Assembly (NCBI RefSeq): GCF_009914755.1
Contig: NC_060936.1
Reading direction: 5' to 3' (one strand)
DNA from: the human T2T-CHM13v2.0 reference genome, Homo sapiens
DNA length: 64,000 bases
How positions within the stretch are numbered: position 1 is the stretch's first letter; each line of letters opens with the position of its first letter. A program made the position numbers and the translations under genes. Positions 1 to 12,767 of the stretch are shown piece by piece. The notes beneath the pieces were generated by a model, which saw nothing but the letters and a program-made list of their open reading frames with translations, was not told the origin of the DNA and ran no database searches.

Positions 1-3000
1 CATACTCAGCTAAGGCTGCACCCGGTACACAGGAGACAGAAGACGTACTCAGCTACGGCTGCACCTGGTGCACAGAAGACAGAAGACATACTCAGCTGAG
101 GCAGCACCCGGTACACAGAAGACAGAAGACATACTCAGCTAAGGCAGCACCCGATACACAGAAGACAGAAGACATACTCAGCTAAGGCAGCACCTGCTAC
201 ACAGAAGACAGAAGACATACTCAGCTAAGGCAGCACCCGATACACAGAAGACAGAAGACATACTCAGCTAAGGCAGCACCCGATACACAGAAGACAGAAG
301 ACATACTCAGCTAAGACAGCACCTGGTACACAGCAGACAGAAGACATACTTAGCTAAGGCAGCACCTGGTACACAGAACAAAGAAGACATACTCAGCTAA
401 GGCAGTACCCGGTACACAGAAGACAGAAGACATACTCAGCTAAGGCAGCACCCGATACACAGAAGACAGAAGACATACTCAGCTAAGGCAGCACCCAGTA
501 CACAGAAGACAGAAGACATACTCAGCTAAGGCTGCACCCGATACAGAGAAGACAGAAGACATACTCAGCTAAGGCAGCACCCAATATACAGTAGACAGAA
601 GACATACTCAGCTAAGGCTGCACCCGATACACAGAGGACAGAAGACCTACTCAGCTAAGGCAGCACCCGGTACACAGAAGACAGAAGAGATACTCACCTA
701 AGGCTGCACCTGATACACAGAAGACAGAAGACATACTCAGCTAAGGCTGCACCCGATACACAGAAGAAAGAAGACGTACTCAGCTAACGCAGCACCCGAT
801 ACACAGAAGACAGAAGAGATACTCAGCTAAGGCAGCACCCGATACACAGAAGAAAGAAGACGTACTCAGCTAAGGCAGCACCCGATACACAGAAGACAGA
901 AGACATACTCAGCTGAGGCAGCACCTGGTGCACAGAAGACAGAAGAGATACTCAGCTAAGGCTGCACCCGATACACAGAAGACAGAAGACATACTCAGCT
1001 GAGGCAGCACCTGGTGCACAGAAGACAGAAGAGATACTCAGCTAAGGCTGCACCCGATACACAGAAGACAGAAGACATACTCAGCTAAGCCTGCACCCCA
1101 TACACAGCAGACAGAAGACATACTCAGCTAAGGCAGCACCTGGTACACAGAAGACAGAAGACATACTCAGCTAAGGCAGCACCTGGTACACAGAAGACAG
1201 AAGACATACTCAGCTAAGGCAGCACCTGATACACAGAAGACAGAAGACATACTCAGCTAAGGCAGCACCCGGTACACAGAAGACAGAAGACATACTCAGC
1301 TAAGGCAGCACCTGGTACACATGAGACAGAAGACATACTCAGCTAAGGCTGCATCCGATACGCAGAAGACAGAAGACATACTCAGCTAAGGCAGCACCCG
1401 ATACACAGAAGACAGAAGACATACTCAGCTAAGGCAGCACCCGATACACAGAAGACAGAAGACATACTCAGCTAAGGCAGCACCCGGTACACAGAAGACA
1501 GAAGACATACTTAGCTAAGGCAGCACCTGGTACACATGAGACAGAAGACATACTCAGCTAAGGCAGCACCCGGTACACAGAAGACAGAAGACATACTCAG
1601 CTAAGGCAGCACCTGGTACACATGAGACAGAAGACATACTCAGCTAAGGCAGCACCCGATACACAGAAGACAGAAGACGTACTCAGCTAAGGCAGCACCT
1701 GATACACAGAAGACAGAAGACATACTCAGGCAAGGCAGCACCCGATACACAGAAGACAGAAGACATATTCAGCTGAGGCTGCACCTGATACGCAGAAGAC
1801 AGAAGACATACTCAGGTAAGGCTGCACCCGATACACAGCAGACAGAAGACATACTCAGCTAAGGCTGCACCCGATACACAGAAGACATACTCAGCTAAGG
1901 CAGCACCTGATACACAGAAGACAGAAGACATACTCAGCTAAGGCAGCACCTGGTACACAGAAGACAGAAGACATACTCAGCTAAGGCTGCACTTGGTACA
2001 CAGAAGACAGAATACATACTGAGCTAGGGCTGCATCCGATACACAGAAGACAGAAGACATACTCAGCTAAGGCAGCACCTGATACACAGAAGACAGAAGA
2101 CATACTCAGCTAAGGCAGCACCTGATACACAGAAGACAGAAGACATAGTCAGCTAAGGCAGCACCTGATACACAGAAGACAGAAGACATACTCAGCTAAG
2201 GCTGCACCCGATACACAGAAGACATACTCAGCTAAGGCAGCACCTGCTACCCAGAAGACAGAAGACATACTCAGCTAAGGCAGCACCTGGTACACAGAAG
2301 ACAGAAGACATACTCAGCTAAGGCTGCACTTGGTACACAGAAGACAGAATACATACTGAGCTAGGGCTGCATCCGATACACAGAAGACAGAAGACATACT
2401 CAGCTAAGGCAGCACCTGATACACAGAAGACAGAAGACATACTCAGCTAAGGCAGCACCCGGTACACAGAAGACAGAAGACATACTCAGCTAAGGCAGCA
2501 CCTGGTACACATGAGACAGAAGACATACTCAGCTAAGGCTGCATCCGATACGCAGAAGACAGAAGACATACTCAGCTAAGGCAGCACCCGATACACAGAA
2601 GACAGAAGACATACTCAGCTAAGGCAGCACCCGATACACAGAAGACAGAAGACATACTCAGCTAAGGCAGCACCCGGTACACAGAAGACAGAAGACATAC
2701 TTAGCTAAGGCAGCACCTGGTACACATGAGACAGAAGACATACTCAGCTAAGGCAGCACCCGGTACACAGAAGACAGAAGACATACTCAGCTAAGGCAGC
2801 ACCTGGTACACATGAGACAGAAGACATACTCAGCTAAGGCAGCACCCGATACACAGAAGACAGAAGACGTACTCAGCTAAGGCAGCACCTGATACACAGA
2901 AGACAGAAGACATACTCAGGCAAGGCAGCACCCGATACACAGAAGACAGAAGACATATTCAGCTGAGGCTGCACCTGATACGCAGAAGACAGAAGACATA

Positions 3001-3745
3001 CTCAGGTAAGGCTGCACCCGATACACAGCAGACAGAAGACATACTCAGCTAAGGCTGCACCCGATACACAGAAGACATACTCAGCTAAGGCAGCACCTGA
3101 TACACAGAAGACAGAAGACATACTCAGCTAAGGCAGCACCTGGTACACAGAAGACAGAAGACATACTCAGCTAAGGCTGCACTTGGTACACAGAAGACAG
3201 AATACATACTGAGCTAGGGCTGCATCCGATACACAGAAGACAGAAGACATACTCAGCTAAGGCAGCACCTGATACACAGAAGACAGAAGACATAGTCAGC
3301 TAAGGCAGCACCTGATACACAGAAGACAGAAGACATACTCAGCTAAGGCTGCACCCGATACACAGAAGACATACTCAGCTAAGGCAGCACCTGCTACCCA
3401 GAAGACAGAAGACATACTCAGCTAAGGCAGCACCTGGTACACAGAAGACAGAAGACATACTCAGCTAAGGCTGCACTTGGTACACAGAAGACAGAATACA
3501 TACTGAGCTAAGGCTGCATCCGATACACAGAAGACAGAAGACATACTCAGCTAAGGCAGCACCTGGTACACAGAAGACAGAAGACATACTCAGCTAAGGT
3601 AGCACCCGATACACAGAAGACAGAAGACATACTCAGCTAAGGCAGCACCTGGTACACAGAAGACAGAAGACATACTCAGCTAAGGCAGCACCTGGTACAC
3701 AGAAGACAGAAGACATACTCAGCTAAGGCAGCACCTGGTGCACAG
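1..3745. repeat. 43-bp minisatellite (VNTR), about 87 copies, continuing past the window start
   Basis: Unit catactcagctaaggcagcacc(c/t)g(a/g)tacacagaagacagaaga repeats head-to-tail; occasional 36-bp units lack one agaagac (e.g. near 1861, 2200, 3051). No unique spacers. Confidence 0.98.
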
Positions 3746-6119
3746 GCAGAGGTGCTCACCCTCCAGCACGAAGGAACGTCAGCGCACAAGAGCCCTTCCT
3801 GAAAACACAGATTCCAGCCGGCAAAGCAATCCAGAGTGGATTCCGACTTCAGGAATAGAGAAGTGGCGGCCACTGTGTTTACTGGGAGCACCGGGTGGTG
3901 GAAAGACGGCCCATACCCAGTGGCGTAGGAATTATCGTCACAGAGTGCAAACCCACGTTGCAAAGCAAGACATTCTAAAAGGAAGGATTTAACCAACAAC
4001 CGTCAGAACGTGGGAGGAAAAGAGACAGGCGGAAGAATCAACACACGAATTCTTCACGTTTTACAGCCATGTCTAAAAGTGTCATATATCCTTAAAAGAT
4101 GACTCGCAGCTTGCAACGCTTTGTAAACTTTTTACAACAGCCTTAGAGAGTGCTCTCAGAAATAAGTTGACAGAGAACTACGCATTTGCAATTCAAAACT
4201 CCTTGAGTTTTCTCATCTGAAGCTCAAGTGAATGAAACATAACTCTGACTGAAAATAGCACCTGCAGCGTGTTCACATTCGAAGAGTGTTTCTGCTTCTC
4301 CGTTACTCACCTGGAGTCACAGTCACCGGAGGCCAGTGCCAGCTTTTCCTGGGCGAAGGCATCTTTTCTTGGCACATTTCTGCATGGATTAAATTCTTTG
4401 TAATGAGCATGTGTTATTTTTACAGAAACAATCAGGTACCTTAAACAGGGAAAACACAGAGAGGCTGGAAGCGAGCCTGCAGGATTTTACGCATTTTTAA
4501 TGCTGGGTCATGACCAAAGGAACATTTCCACACTGTTCAGTTTTTAAAAATCTTTTTAAAGGAGAGGAACGCGGCTCCACCTTTCATACTGTATTTTCCT
4601 TTGTCTGTTTCTCATCTGATGAATTTCATCACAGTCCATGGATCCAACACAGCAAGGCGGCCTCACCGCCCTCAGGAGAGGGCCCCTCTGTCCTGGCTGT
4701 CCTTCAGGTGCAAAGTGATTCCCAGGGCTCCGGGAACATCCGCGTGCCTGGACGGCCCAGGTGGCATTGAACCAGCCACTGAGGTCACAAATGTCCCACA
4801 AGGAGAACAAAGGCCAAGAAGGGGTCAGCCGTTGGCCCCGGGCCAGGGGGTTCCTCCTGGTGGGCAAACTCAAGATTTCAGCCACTGCAGTGCAATCCCT
4901 GAATTGGGGCTAGAGGCACACGGGCAGGGATTGGAGCTAAGGGGGTGTCGGGGATGTGAGCGAGGCTCCTGCCGCCCCCAGAACGCAGAGATCAAAGACC
5001 CCAGAGCAAGCCTGGATTCCTGGAGCCCCGGCCTCGGAGCCGCAGCCGCCCTGTCGATGAGATCGTGTCCCTCCTCCACCTCTGCCCTCCCTTCCTCCTC
5101 ACAGTTCCCATGATGCCGCAGATGTCCACCGGTCACCCCACCCGGGGCTGCAGCAAATTAATCCACAGCAGGGGCCCCTGTGCCCCAGGGCTCTGAGCCG
5201 GCCTCACGCCCTGTACCCCCGCCCGTCACCCCAAAACCTCAGCAGCTTTTCCCTCCTCGGGCAACTGGCTCCCTTCGGGCCTAGGCTGTCACCCTCCCTC
5301 CGGCCTCGGCGCCTCAGTGCCTCAGTGCGAGGAGAGAGAGTCGCCTGTGTGGAGCCCTGCACTGCAGGGGAGGGCGTGGGGAAGACAGGGGTCTGGGTCA
5401 GGGAGCCTGGCCTGCCGCACAGGGGCCCCCCTCCTGGGCTAGAACGCCAGAGACAGGCACTGCCCAGCCACCAGGAGCTGCTCGCTCTGGACGGGAGATT
5501 GTGTTTCTGAGGGCAAGGAAGACGAAGAGGTTCCCCACGGCCCTCCCTTCTCAGCCACCCGCACCCCAGCACACACCAATGTCTCGGAATGATCTCGAAG
5601 GACGTGGTTAGTCGCCAGGACATAGGGCCTAGAAATTCTGCCACAAGACGCTCGCACCTCCCACCCCTCATGGGGCAAGGGGCTCGCCAGGCCCTCTCAG
5701 AGCGGGAGAAAAGCACAGGCCAGGTCCTAGGGAAGGGGGTGGCCGTGATCCGGGGTGAAAATCCCTGTGGAGAGGCCGTCACAGCTGGGGTCTGGAACCA
5801 GCACGTCCTCCTGGGATGGGGAGAGGGCTCTGGCCCACGCACCGCCCATGTGCAAACTCTCAGCTCAGGGAAACTCGCTTGCCCACTCAACAGGCTTCCT
5901 GAGACGGCACCGTGGACAGAAGGCATGTGGACCGAGGGCACAGCTCAGGATAAATACGCCGCGTCCCTGCCCTCCAGTTGACCTGGCAGTGGGTGAGGTG
6001 TGTTAATGTCAGAAAGAAATGAGCTCCATAAAGGAAAACGAGTAGCAAAGGAGGAGGCGTCGCTTGAGTGGGTGGCGGGGACGGTCCGGGCCACTGCACT
6101 TCCCCCGAATGAGGAGTGG

Positions 6120-7392
6120 GGCGAGTGGGCGGAAGGGAGGCCCCCAGAACCACTGACCACGCCCACGCCCACGCCCCAGGGCCTGCAATGGGGCCTTGTT
6201 TGGAAATCGATGTCATTGCAGATGTACTGGGTTAGGGATCCAGAGATGACACCATCCCGGATTTAGAGGGATCCTACATCCAATGACAAGCATCCTATAC
6301 ATAAGAGAGAAAGGGGAGGGAGATGCGGGCTCAGAGAGAGGGGAGGGAGATGCGGGCTCAGAGAGGGGAGGGAGATGCGGGCTCATAGAGAGGGGAGGGA
6401 GATGCGGGCTCAGAGAGGGGAGGGAGATGCGGGCTCAGAGAGAGGGGAGGGAGATGCGGGCTCAGAGAGAGGGGAGGGAGATGCGGGCTCAGAGAGAGGG
6501 GAGGGAGATGCGGGCTCAGAGAGAGGGGAGGGAGATGCGGGCTCAGAGAGAGGGGAGGGAGATGCGGGCTCAGAGAGGGGAGGGAGATGCGGGCTCAGAG
6601 AGGGGAGGGAGATGCGGGCTCAGAGAGGGGAGAGAGATGCGGGCTCAGAGAGAGGGAAGGGAGATGCGGGCTCAGTGAGAGGGGAGGGAGATGCAGGCTC
6701 AGAGAGAGGGGAGGGAGATTCGAGCTCAGAGAGAGGGGAGGGAGATGCGGGCTCAGAGAGAGGGGAGGGAGATGGGGGCTCAGAGAGGGGAGCGAGATGT
6801 GAGCTCAGAAAGAGAGGATGGAGATGCGGGCTCAGAGAGAGGGGAGGGAGATGCAGGCTCAGAGAGGGGAGGGAGATGCAGGCTCAGAGAGAGGGGAGGG
6901 AGATGTGAGCTCAGAAAGAGAGGATGGAGATGCGGGCTCAGAGAGACGGGAGGGAGATGGGGGCTCAGAGAGGGGAGGGAGATGTGATCTCAGAAAGAGA
7001 GGATGGAGATGCGGGCTCAGAGAGAGGGGAGGGAGATGCGGGCTCAGAGAGAGGGGAGGGAGATGCGGGCTCAGAGAGAGAGGGAGATGTGGGCTCAGAG
7101 AGAGGGGAGGGAGATGCGGGCTCAGAGAGAGGGGAGGGAGATGTGAGCTCAGAGAGGGAGGCCATGGTAGGCAGCAGCCGAGGCTGGAGGTCCCACCACA
7201 GGCTCAGAGCCACAGGCGGCGTCAGAGGCAGAGAGGCCTGGAGTGGGGGGACTCTCGCTCAGCGCCTCCAAGAGCGTAGCCAGCACTCCTCGGCCTCAGC
7301 CCTCAGGCCTCCGGAATAGAGGGAAGGCAAGGTTCTGTGGATTCCAATGGCCCCGTGTGTGCTGTGCTAGGACAGCTGCTGCAGGAAACACA
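6120..7392 (+). mobile_element. MaLR LTR (MLT1B/C/D-like) interrupted by a minisatellite
   Basis: Left flank (ccttgtttggaaatcgatgtcattgcagatgta...atcccggatttagaggg...tccaatgacaagcatcct...ataagagag) and right flank (gaggccatg...cagctgctgcaggaaacaca) match consecutive parts of the recalled MLT1 consensus. Confidence 0.7.
6305..7160. repeat. 25-27-bp GA-rich minisatellite (gagagaggggagggagatgcgggctca)n, about 32 copies
   Basis: Direct tandem repetition; produces the periodic ORFs REGREMRAQ and GEGDAGSER. Confidence 0.97.
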
Positions 7393-7669
7393 TTTGAGGA
7401 TAAAGAAGCAGCTGTGGGCAAGAGTTCTGGGCAGAAGGAGGAGCAGGTGCAAAGGCCCTGGGGCAGGGGCGGCATCAGGGCTGGAGGCTGAGGGATGGAC
7501 CTGCAAATCCTGCACAACTTCCAGTGCAGAGGAGGCTGCTGCAGGTTCCCCGGCAGAGAAACAATGCTGGAGGCCTCTGTGTGAGGTGAGATGCACAGTG
7601 TGGCCAGCAGAACAAGAACTAGATGGGGACAAACACAGAGGCCGAGATGCAGGGCAGGGGTGGCACAAA

Positions 7670-7838
7670 CCCCCACAGATCCAACCCTACAGACCCAACC
7701 CTGCAGACCATCCCCTAACCATCCCCCACAACTCCATCCCCAACAGGCCCATCCCCCACAGACCCATCCCATGCAGACCCAACCCTACAGACCCCACAAG
7801 TCCATCCCCTAAAATCCATCCCCCACAGGCCCATCCCC
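7670..7838. repeat. Short degenerate C/A-rich minisatellite (cagacccaaccct / cccatccccca units)
   Basis: Repeated ~13-15-bp units. Confidence 0.7.
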
Positions 7839-10147
7839 ACTGGGAAGGGTGCAGGAGGACAGGCCACAGCTGCTCCTGAGAAGACACCAAAGGCAGGAAG
7901 GAAGCGTCGGTGCATGCAAGAGAACATTGGAAAAAAGCCACAGAGTCGTTTTCCAGAACTGCGAGCGGGTCAGAGGCATCGGCGTCGATGCCCCACGACG
8001 GCTGCAACGAGGCTTCTGCAGATCTGAGTTCACGGAAAGGACCATGAGGAGACACTCCCTCACCCCGAGCTGAGCCCACGCCCTCAGCTTCTGCGGGAAA
8101 ATCATTTTCGAGTTCTGCATGTGTCCAGGTGGCCACAGCTCAGGGCTCGGAGAGGGCTCCGCCCTGCGGTTCTGAAACCCAGCAGCCACGTTAATTGCCT
8201 CTTAACGCGCGCTGCATGTTGCTGTATGAAAACAATCGGCATCCAGGCACTGTCCTCTGTCCACAGGTTGAGATTTGATTACTTTTTTATCTCTAAATTA
8301 AATTCCTTCTCGTGCTTGTCTTGTTACATCAAATCTCTTTAAATCTTAATAGACTGCAGCTCCTCCCTGCAGCTCAGGCCCCTGATAACAGCGTCTGGTA
8401 CTCACGGGGCCCTGGGCCTCAAGGCAAGGATGAGGGAAGGGGATCGCCAGGGATGCAGCTGGATCCGGGGACCCGGACGCTGAGGCAGAGGAGAGAGAGT
8501 CCTGGGACCCAGGGAAGGTTCTTGCTCCTCAGAACTGCTGCAGACACCAGCAACAACCCAGGCCTCCCAGCACCTTAGAGGGGCCTCCCAGGGCAGGAAC
8601 AGCACCAGCACCTGCAGAAACGGTTCGCCAGGCTCCTCCCCACTTCCCAGGCTCCTCCGCCCTTCCAGACCCAGCTCCAATCTCGCCCAAAGCTCCCCGA
8701 GCCCTGCCCCCACCCCCGCCCCCGCCCCCCACCTGGGCTCAGTCCAGCCAGGCCGACCCCAGCCCCGTCCTCTGCACACAGGGCCACCTAGCACAAAGGC
8801 CTTGGCACTCCTGTGCCTGCACCAAGTTTTGGCCTTTCCCCCAACCCCGTCTAGCTGGGAGTGGGGGTCTCAGGCCTGTGGCAGGCAGGAGGGCACAGCC
8901 ATGGGCCGATGGGAAATGCAGTGGCTGACAGAAAGTGTCACTCTGGCAGGTGACAGGGTGGGCGGGGCAGGGCCGGGACCGGAGGTGGGCTTGCCCCTCA
9001 GCTCTCATCCATGCACTCTTCTGAAATTATGCTTGGAACTTGTACTGCGTCAATGACAATCACGGGCTGCCTGTCTCGGGTGTGCGGATGGGGCCTGGAA
9101 CATGGCCTGCGTTCATCTTCTGAAACCAAGGACCCCACGCTCCCTGGCACAAAAGGGCTCTGGGGAGGCACAAATGGCCCCTGGTGGCCGCTGTGGCGAC
9201 TGTGGCCTCGGGGCCTCCTTACCTGGGCCAGGTTAACCACCCTGTAAGCTGCACTGCACGGAGTACCAGGCACCACGTGAGCTGAGCTGGAGCTGGGGAC
9301 GCAGGAGGTGCCGCAGCCCCAGCTCACAGGCGTGTCCCAATTCAAGGCCCCCGCAAGCTGTCACAAAAGCAGGAGGAGGCACCAGGGAGAGAAGGGCAGG
9401 GCTGGAGATCCACAGCCGGCCGAGGGCACGGGTGTGGGCAAGGCCCTGTCCACCCAACAAGGGCCACCCTGCAGCCTCTGGCTAGCCTCCCCGTGCCCAG
9501 GGCTGCTGCCTCTGCTTTCAGGAGGAGCCACATCACCTGGCTGAGGTGAAAGTAATTCTAAGTAACCACAGACTGAAAAAGAGGAGGACGGCTGTGTGGA
9601 GAGAATTTTGGTTAAGGGGTCCCAAGGCCCCCTATTCAGCTGACCCCACTCCTGACCCTCCCCTGTCCAGGCCCTAACACAGCCGTCACCCCTCTCTGCT
9701 TATGAAGAACCTCATATGGGAACACGGGTGCTCCTGGTTTCTCTGGCTGCAAATTCACGCCTGCACTCTGAGAAGAAAAGCAGATGGGAGATGTGTGATA
9801 GGTGCCTTCCAAAGCTGTGTGTGACAGGCGCACTCGAGCACAGCCGGACGTGGTCAGGGATGCAGCCACACCAGGATGTGCTTTCAGAAATCCTCCTTAA
9901 TGCTTGCTCAGATGGCTGGGATCATTATTTATTTGCCTATTCTTACCTTTTGCTATTTCAGAGTGAAACACATTATCCTAAGAAGCTCCCTTTTCGAGGG
10001 AAGAAAAAGGAAAGAGGTACCGATTTCAATGTTACAGAGGGAAATTCAGAGTGGAAACAGAACGCCAGACGCTGCCCAGGATGAGGGTCCAGCGAGAGCA
10101 GGTGGCTGCAGCCAAGGTGACAGCAAAAGACCCCCAAGATCCGCCAC

Positions 10148-10254
10148 CCGAGCACGTGCGCCCGTCAAGCTCCACCATCCGAGCACGTGCGCCCGTCAAG
10201 CTCCACCATCCGAGCACGTGCGCCCGTCAAGCTCCACCATCTGAGCACGTGCAC
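10148..10254. repeat. 31-bp tandem repeat, about 3.4 copies, with one CACGTG per unit
   Basis: Unit ccgagcacgtgcgcccgtcaagctccaccat; CACGTG at 10153, 10184, 10215 and 10246. Confidence 0.95.
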
Positions 10255-10597
10255 CCAGCAGACGAGACGCAGCCGAGATGACAGCAAATAAGCACAATCC
10301 ATTCACCAGACCCCAAACACCGCCACTGGAACACAGGCGCCCAACAGGCCAGACGAAACGCCGCTCTTGACGCCTCATGGGACCATCTCCCCTCACCGGG
10401 CCCAGCCATCACACTTTCTAACACTGGGGGTGGCTGCAGGTGATAGAGACCTGGAAGAACTGTTGCCTCCACGAGAGAGGCGTTTGCTCTCCTTCCCTCG
10501 AGAGCAGAGGCCGAGGGCCCAGGGCCACCATGACGAGTCCACTCCTCCAAGTCTCCCAGGCTCTGGGGCCCAGGCATCCTCTATCCGGCCACACCGT

Positions 10598-11335
10598 TCT
10601 CCCTGGAGACCCTCTGCCACCCCACTCTCCCCCGGGACCCTCCGCCACCCACTCTCCCCGGGGACCCTCCGGCCACCCCACTCTCCCCCGGGACCCTCCG
10701 GCCACCCCGCTCTCCCTGGGGACCCTCCGCCACCCCACTCTCCCCCGGGACCCTCCAACCACCCCGCTCTCCCCAGGGACCCTCCGGCCACCCTGCTCTC
10801 CCCAGGGACCCTCCGCCACCCCGCTCTCCCCCGGGACCCTCCGGCCACCCCGTTCTCCCCGGGGACCCTCCGCCACCCCGCTCTCCCCCGGGACCCTCCG
10901 GCCACCCCGTTCTCCCCGGGGACCCTCCGCCACCCCGCTCTCCCCCGGGACCCTCCAGCCACCCCGTTCTCCCCGGGGACCCTCCGCCACCCCGCTCTCC
11001 CCCGGGACCCTCCGGCCACCCCGTTCTCCCCGGGGACCCTCCGCCACCCCACTCTCCCCCGGGACCCTCCAACCACCCCACTCTCCCCCCGGACCCTCCG
11101 GCCACCCTGCTCTCCCCAGGGACCCTCCGCCACCCACTCTCCCCCGGGACCCTCCACCACCCCGCTCTCCCCCGGGACCCTCCGGCCACCCCGTTCTCCC
11201 CGGGGACCCTCCGCCACCCCACTCTCCCCCGGGACCCTCCAACCACCCCACTCTCCCCCCGGACCCTCCGGCCACCCTGCTCTCCCCGGGGACCCTCCGC
11301 CACCCACTCTCCCCCGGGACCCTCCGACCACGTTG
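10598..11335. repeat. 28/29-bp C-rich minisatellite (57-bp dimeric period), about 25 units
   Basis: gggacc recurs at 10805, 10833, 10862, 10890 and 10919, i.e. alternating 28/29 bp. Confidence 0.97.
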
Positions 11336-12317
11336 CTCTTCCCAGGGTTCTGGCACAGCCCACAGGACATCGTGGGAATGCCTGGACTGCGCCGCCCCTG
11401 GAGCCCATAACCTGTCACTCTCATCTCAACTCCTGTCAGCGAATTTCCTCTTTGTGTGTGTGCGTAAACCACTTTGAGGTGTGCTCTGTCCCTGTGATTA
11501 AACACCTGGTGGATTATCAAAGCTGCGTGATGTCAGGGCTGTGATGCCTTTGTAGCAAGGTGAAGTCCTCAAGTTTCTGAGTTCAGATCCTCCGCGTGGA
11601 CCCTGGAGCGTGGGGGCCACAGGGCCCAGAAAGTGCCTCAGCGTCGGACGACCGTGGAGCCGGCAGACGGCGCCCAGCAGCAGGTATCCCGGGGGACCTA
11701 CCGGCTCCAGCCTGGTCTACGACCCTCACTGAAGATGCTCTTACCTGTAGGAAGGTGCCGGGGACCCAAATGACAAACATCCCACTGACTTGGGCTCCAG
11801 GAACCATGTGTGGTGCTGAGGTTCAGGCGGCGTATCCGACTGGACCATCTTCACTGCGATGGCAGCAGCTAACCTAGACTGGCTTAAGTAGAAAAGGAAA
11901 TATGTTGATTTAGGTCAGTGAAAAGTCCAGACGCTGGTGGGCTCAGGGAGTGCTGGACACAGAGCCTGGTGTACCTGGGAGGATGCTCACCTCCCCAGCC
12001 CTGCTCTGCTCTCCCAGTTCCAGTTTCAAACAAGCTGCCCCCATGGGGCAAGACGGCGGCAGAGGTTGCAGCCAAACCCTCCTGGAAGTGGCTCCAGCCC
12101 AGGGTCATCGGTCAGAACTTGTGTTCGGGAAGAGGCAAGGCTCTGGCCAGCTCAAGAGCAGAACATGAGGCCCCTCAAAACACCGGCTGGGGAAGGGAAA
12201 GGGGCTCAGTTCTCAGTGACAGTGAGACACAGAGACTGTGAGATGGCGTCATGCAAATGGACGGGGACGGTCATCCTCAGGGTGGACGGGCGCTGACTCA
12301 CCAGGGAGCCACCCTGG

Positions 12318-12745
12318 AGAGATGGGAGGCGGGACTCAGAGCCAGAGGCAGGGACCGAGCCTCCAGACCAGACTGAGGACTGACTAAACAAGGAGAGGCG
12401 AAAGCACCTCCGCATGAGACAGGCCACCAGGGCCAGGTCCGTTTACCGTTGGGCGACCACACCTTTCCATAGCAACAACCCCACGACCCAGGAGTTACCA
12501 CCTTTTTCTGGAAATGTCTGCCTAACCTGCCCCTTCATCTGCACGAAATTAAGCGTGGGTATAAATGAGGCTGCAGAACTGTGCTGTGCGGCTGCCCTCG
12601 ACGCCCTGCCTATGGGGGGGCTGCAACCCTGCACCTCTGTAAACCTGCTTCTCCCACCACCAGCTGGCTCTTGAATTCATTCCTGAGTGAAGCCAAGAAG
12701 CCTCCCGGGCTCAGCCCCAGTTTGGGGCTCCCCTGTCCTGCATCA
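12318..12745 (+). mobile_element. ERV1 solo LTR, MER41 family (MER41C/D/E-like)
   Basis: TATA region gtgggtataaat and the characteristic 3' end gaagccaagaa...cagccccagtttggggctcccctgtcctgcatca; 4-bp TSD CTGG at 12314-12317 and 12746-12749. Confidence 0.8.
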
Positions 12746-12767
12746 CTGGGGGAGAGTGAAGGAGAAA

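Noticed and set aside
1-3745. CRISPR-like array
   Set aside because: Units are contiguous with no unique spacers, there are no cas genes, and the DNA is primate (Alus).
6283-7319. Overlapping REGREMRAQ / GEGDAGSER ORFs
   Set aside because: Translations of a 27-bp VNTR that is open in several frames.
10367-11520. Long Pro/Gly-rich, collagen-like ORFs (275-375 aa)
   Set aside because: Open on both strands and in multiple frames because the VNTR lacks stops; no sustained Gly-X-Y pattern and no exon boundaries.
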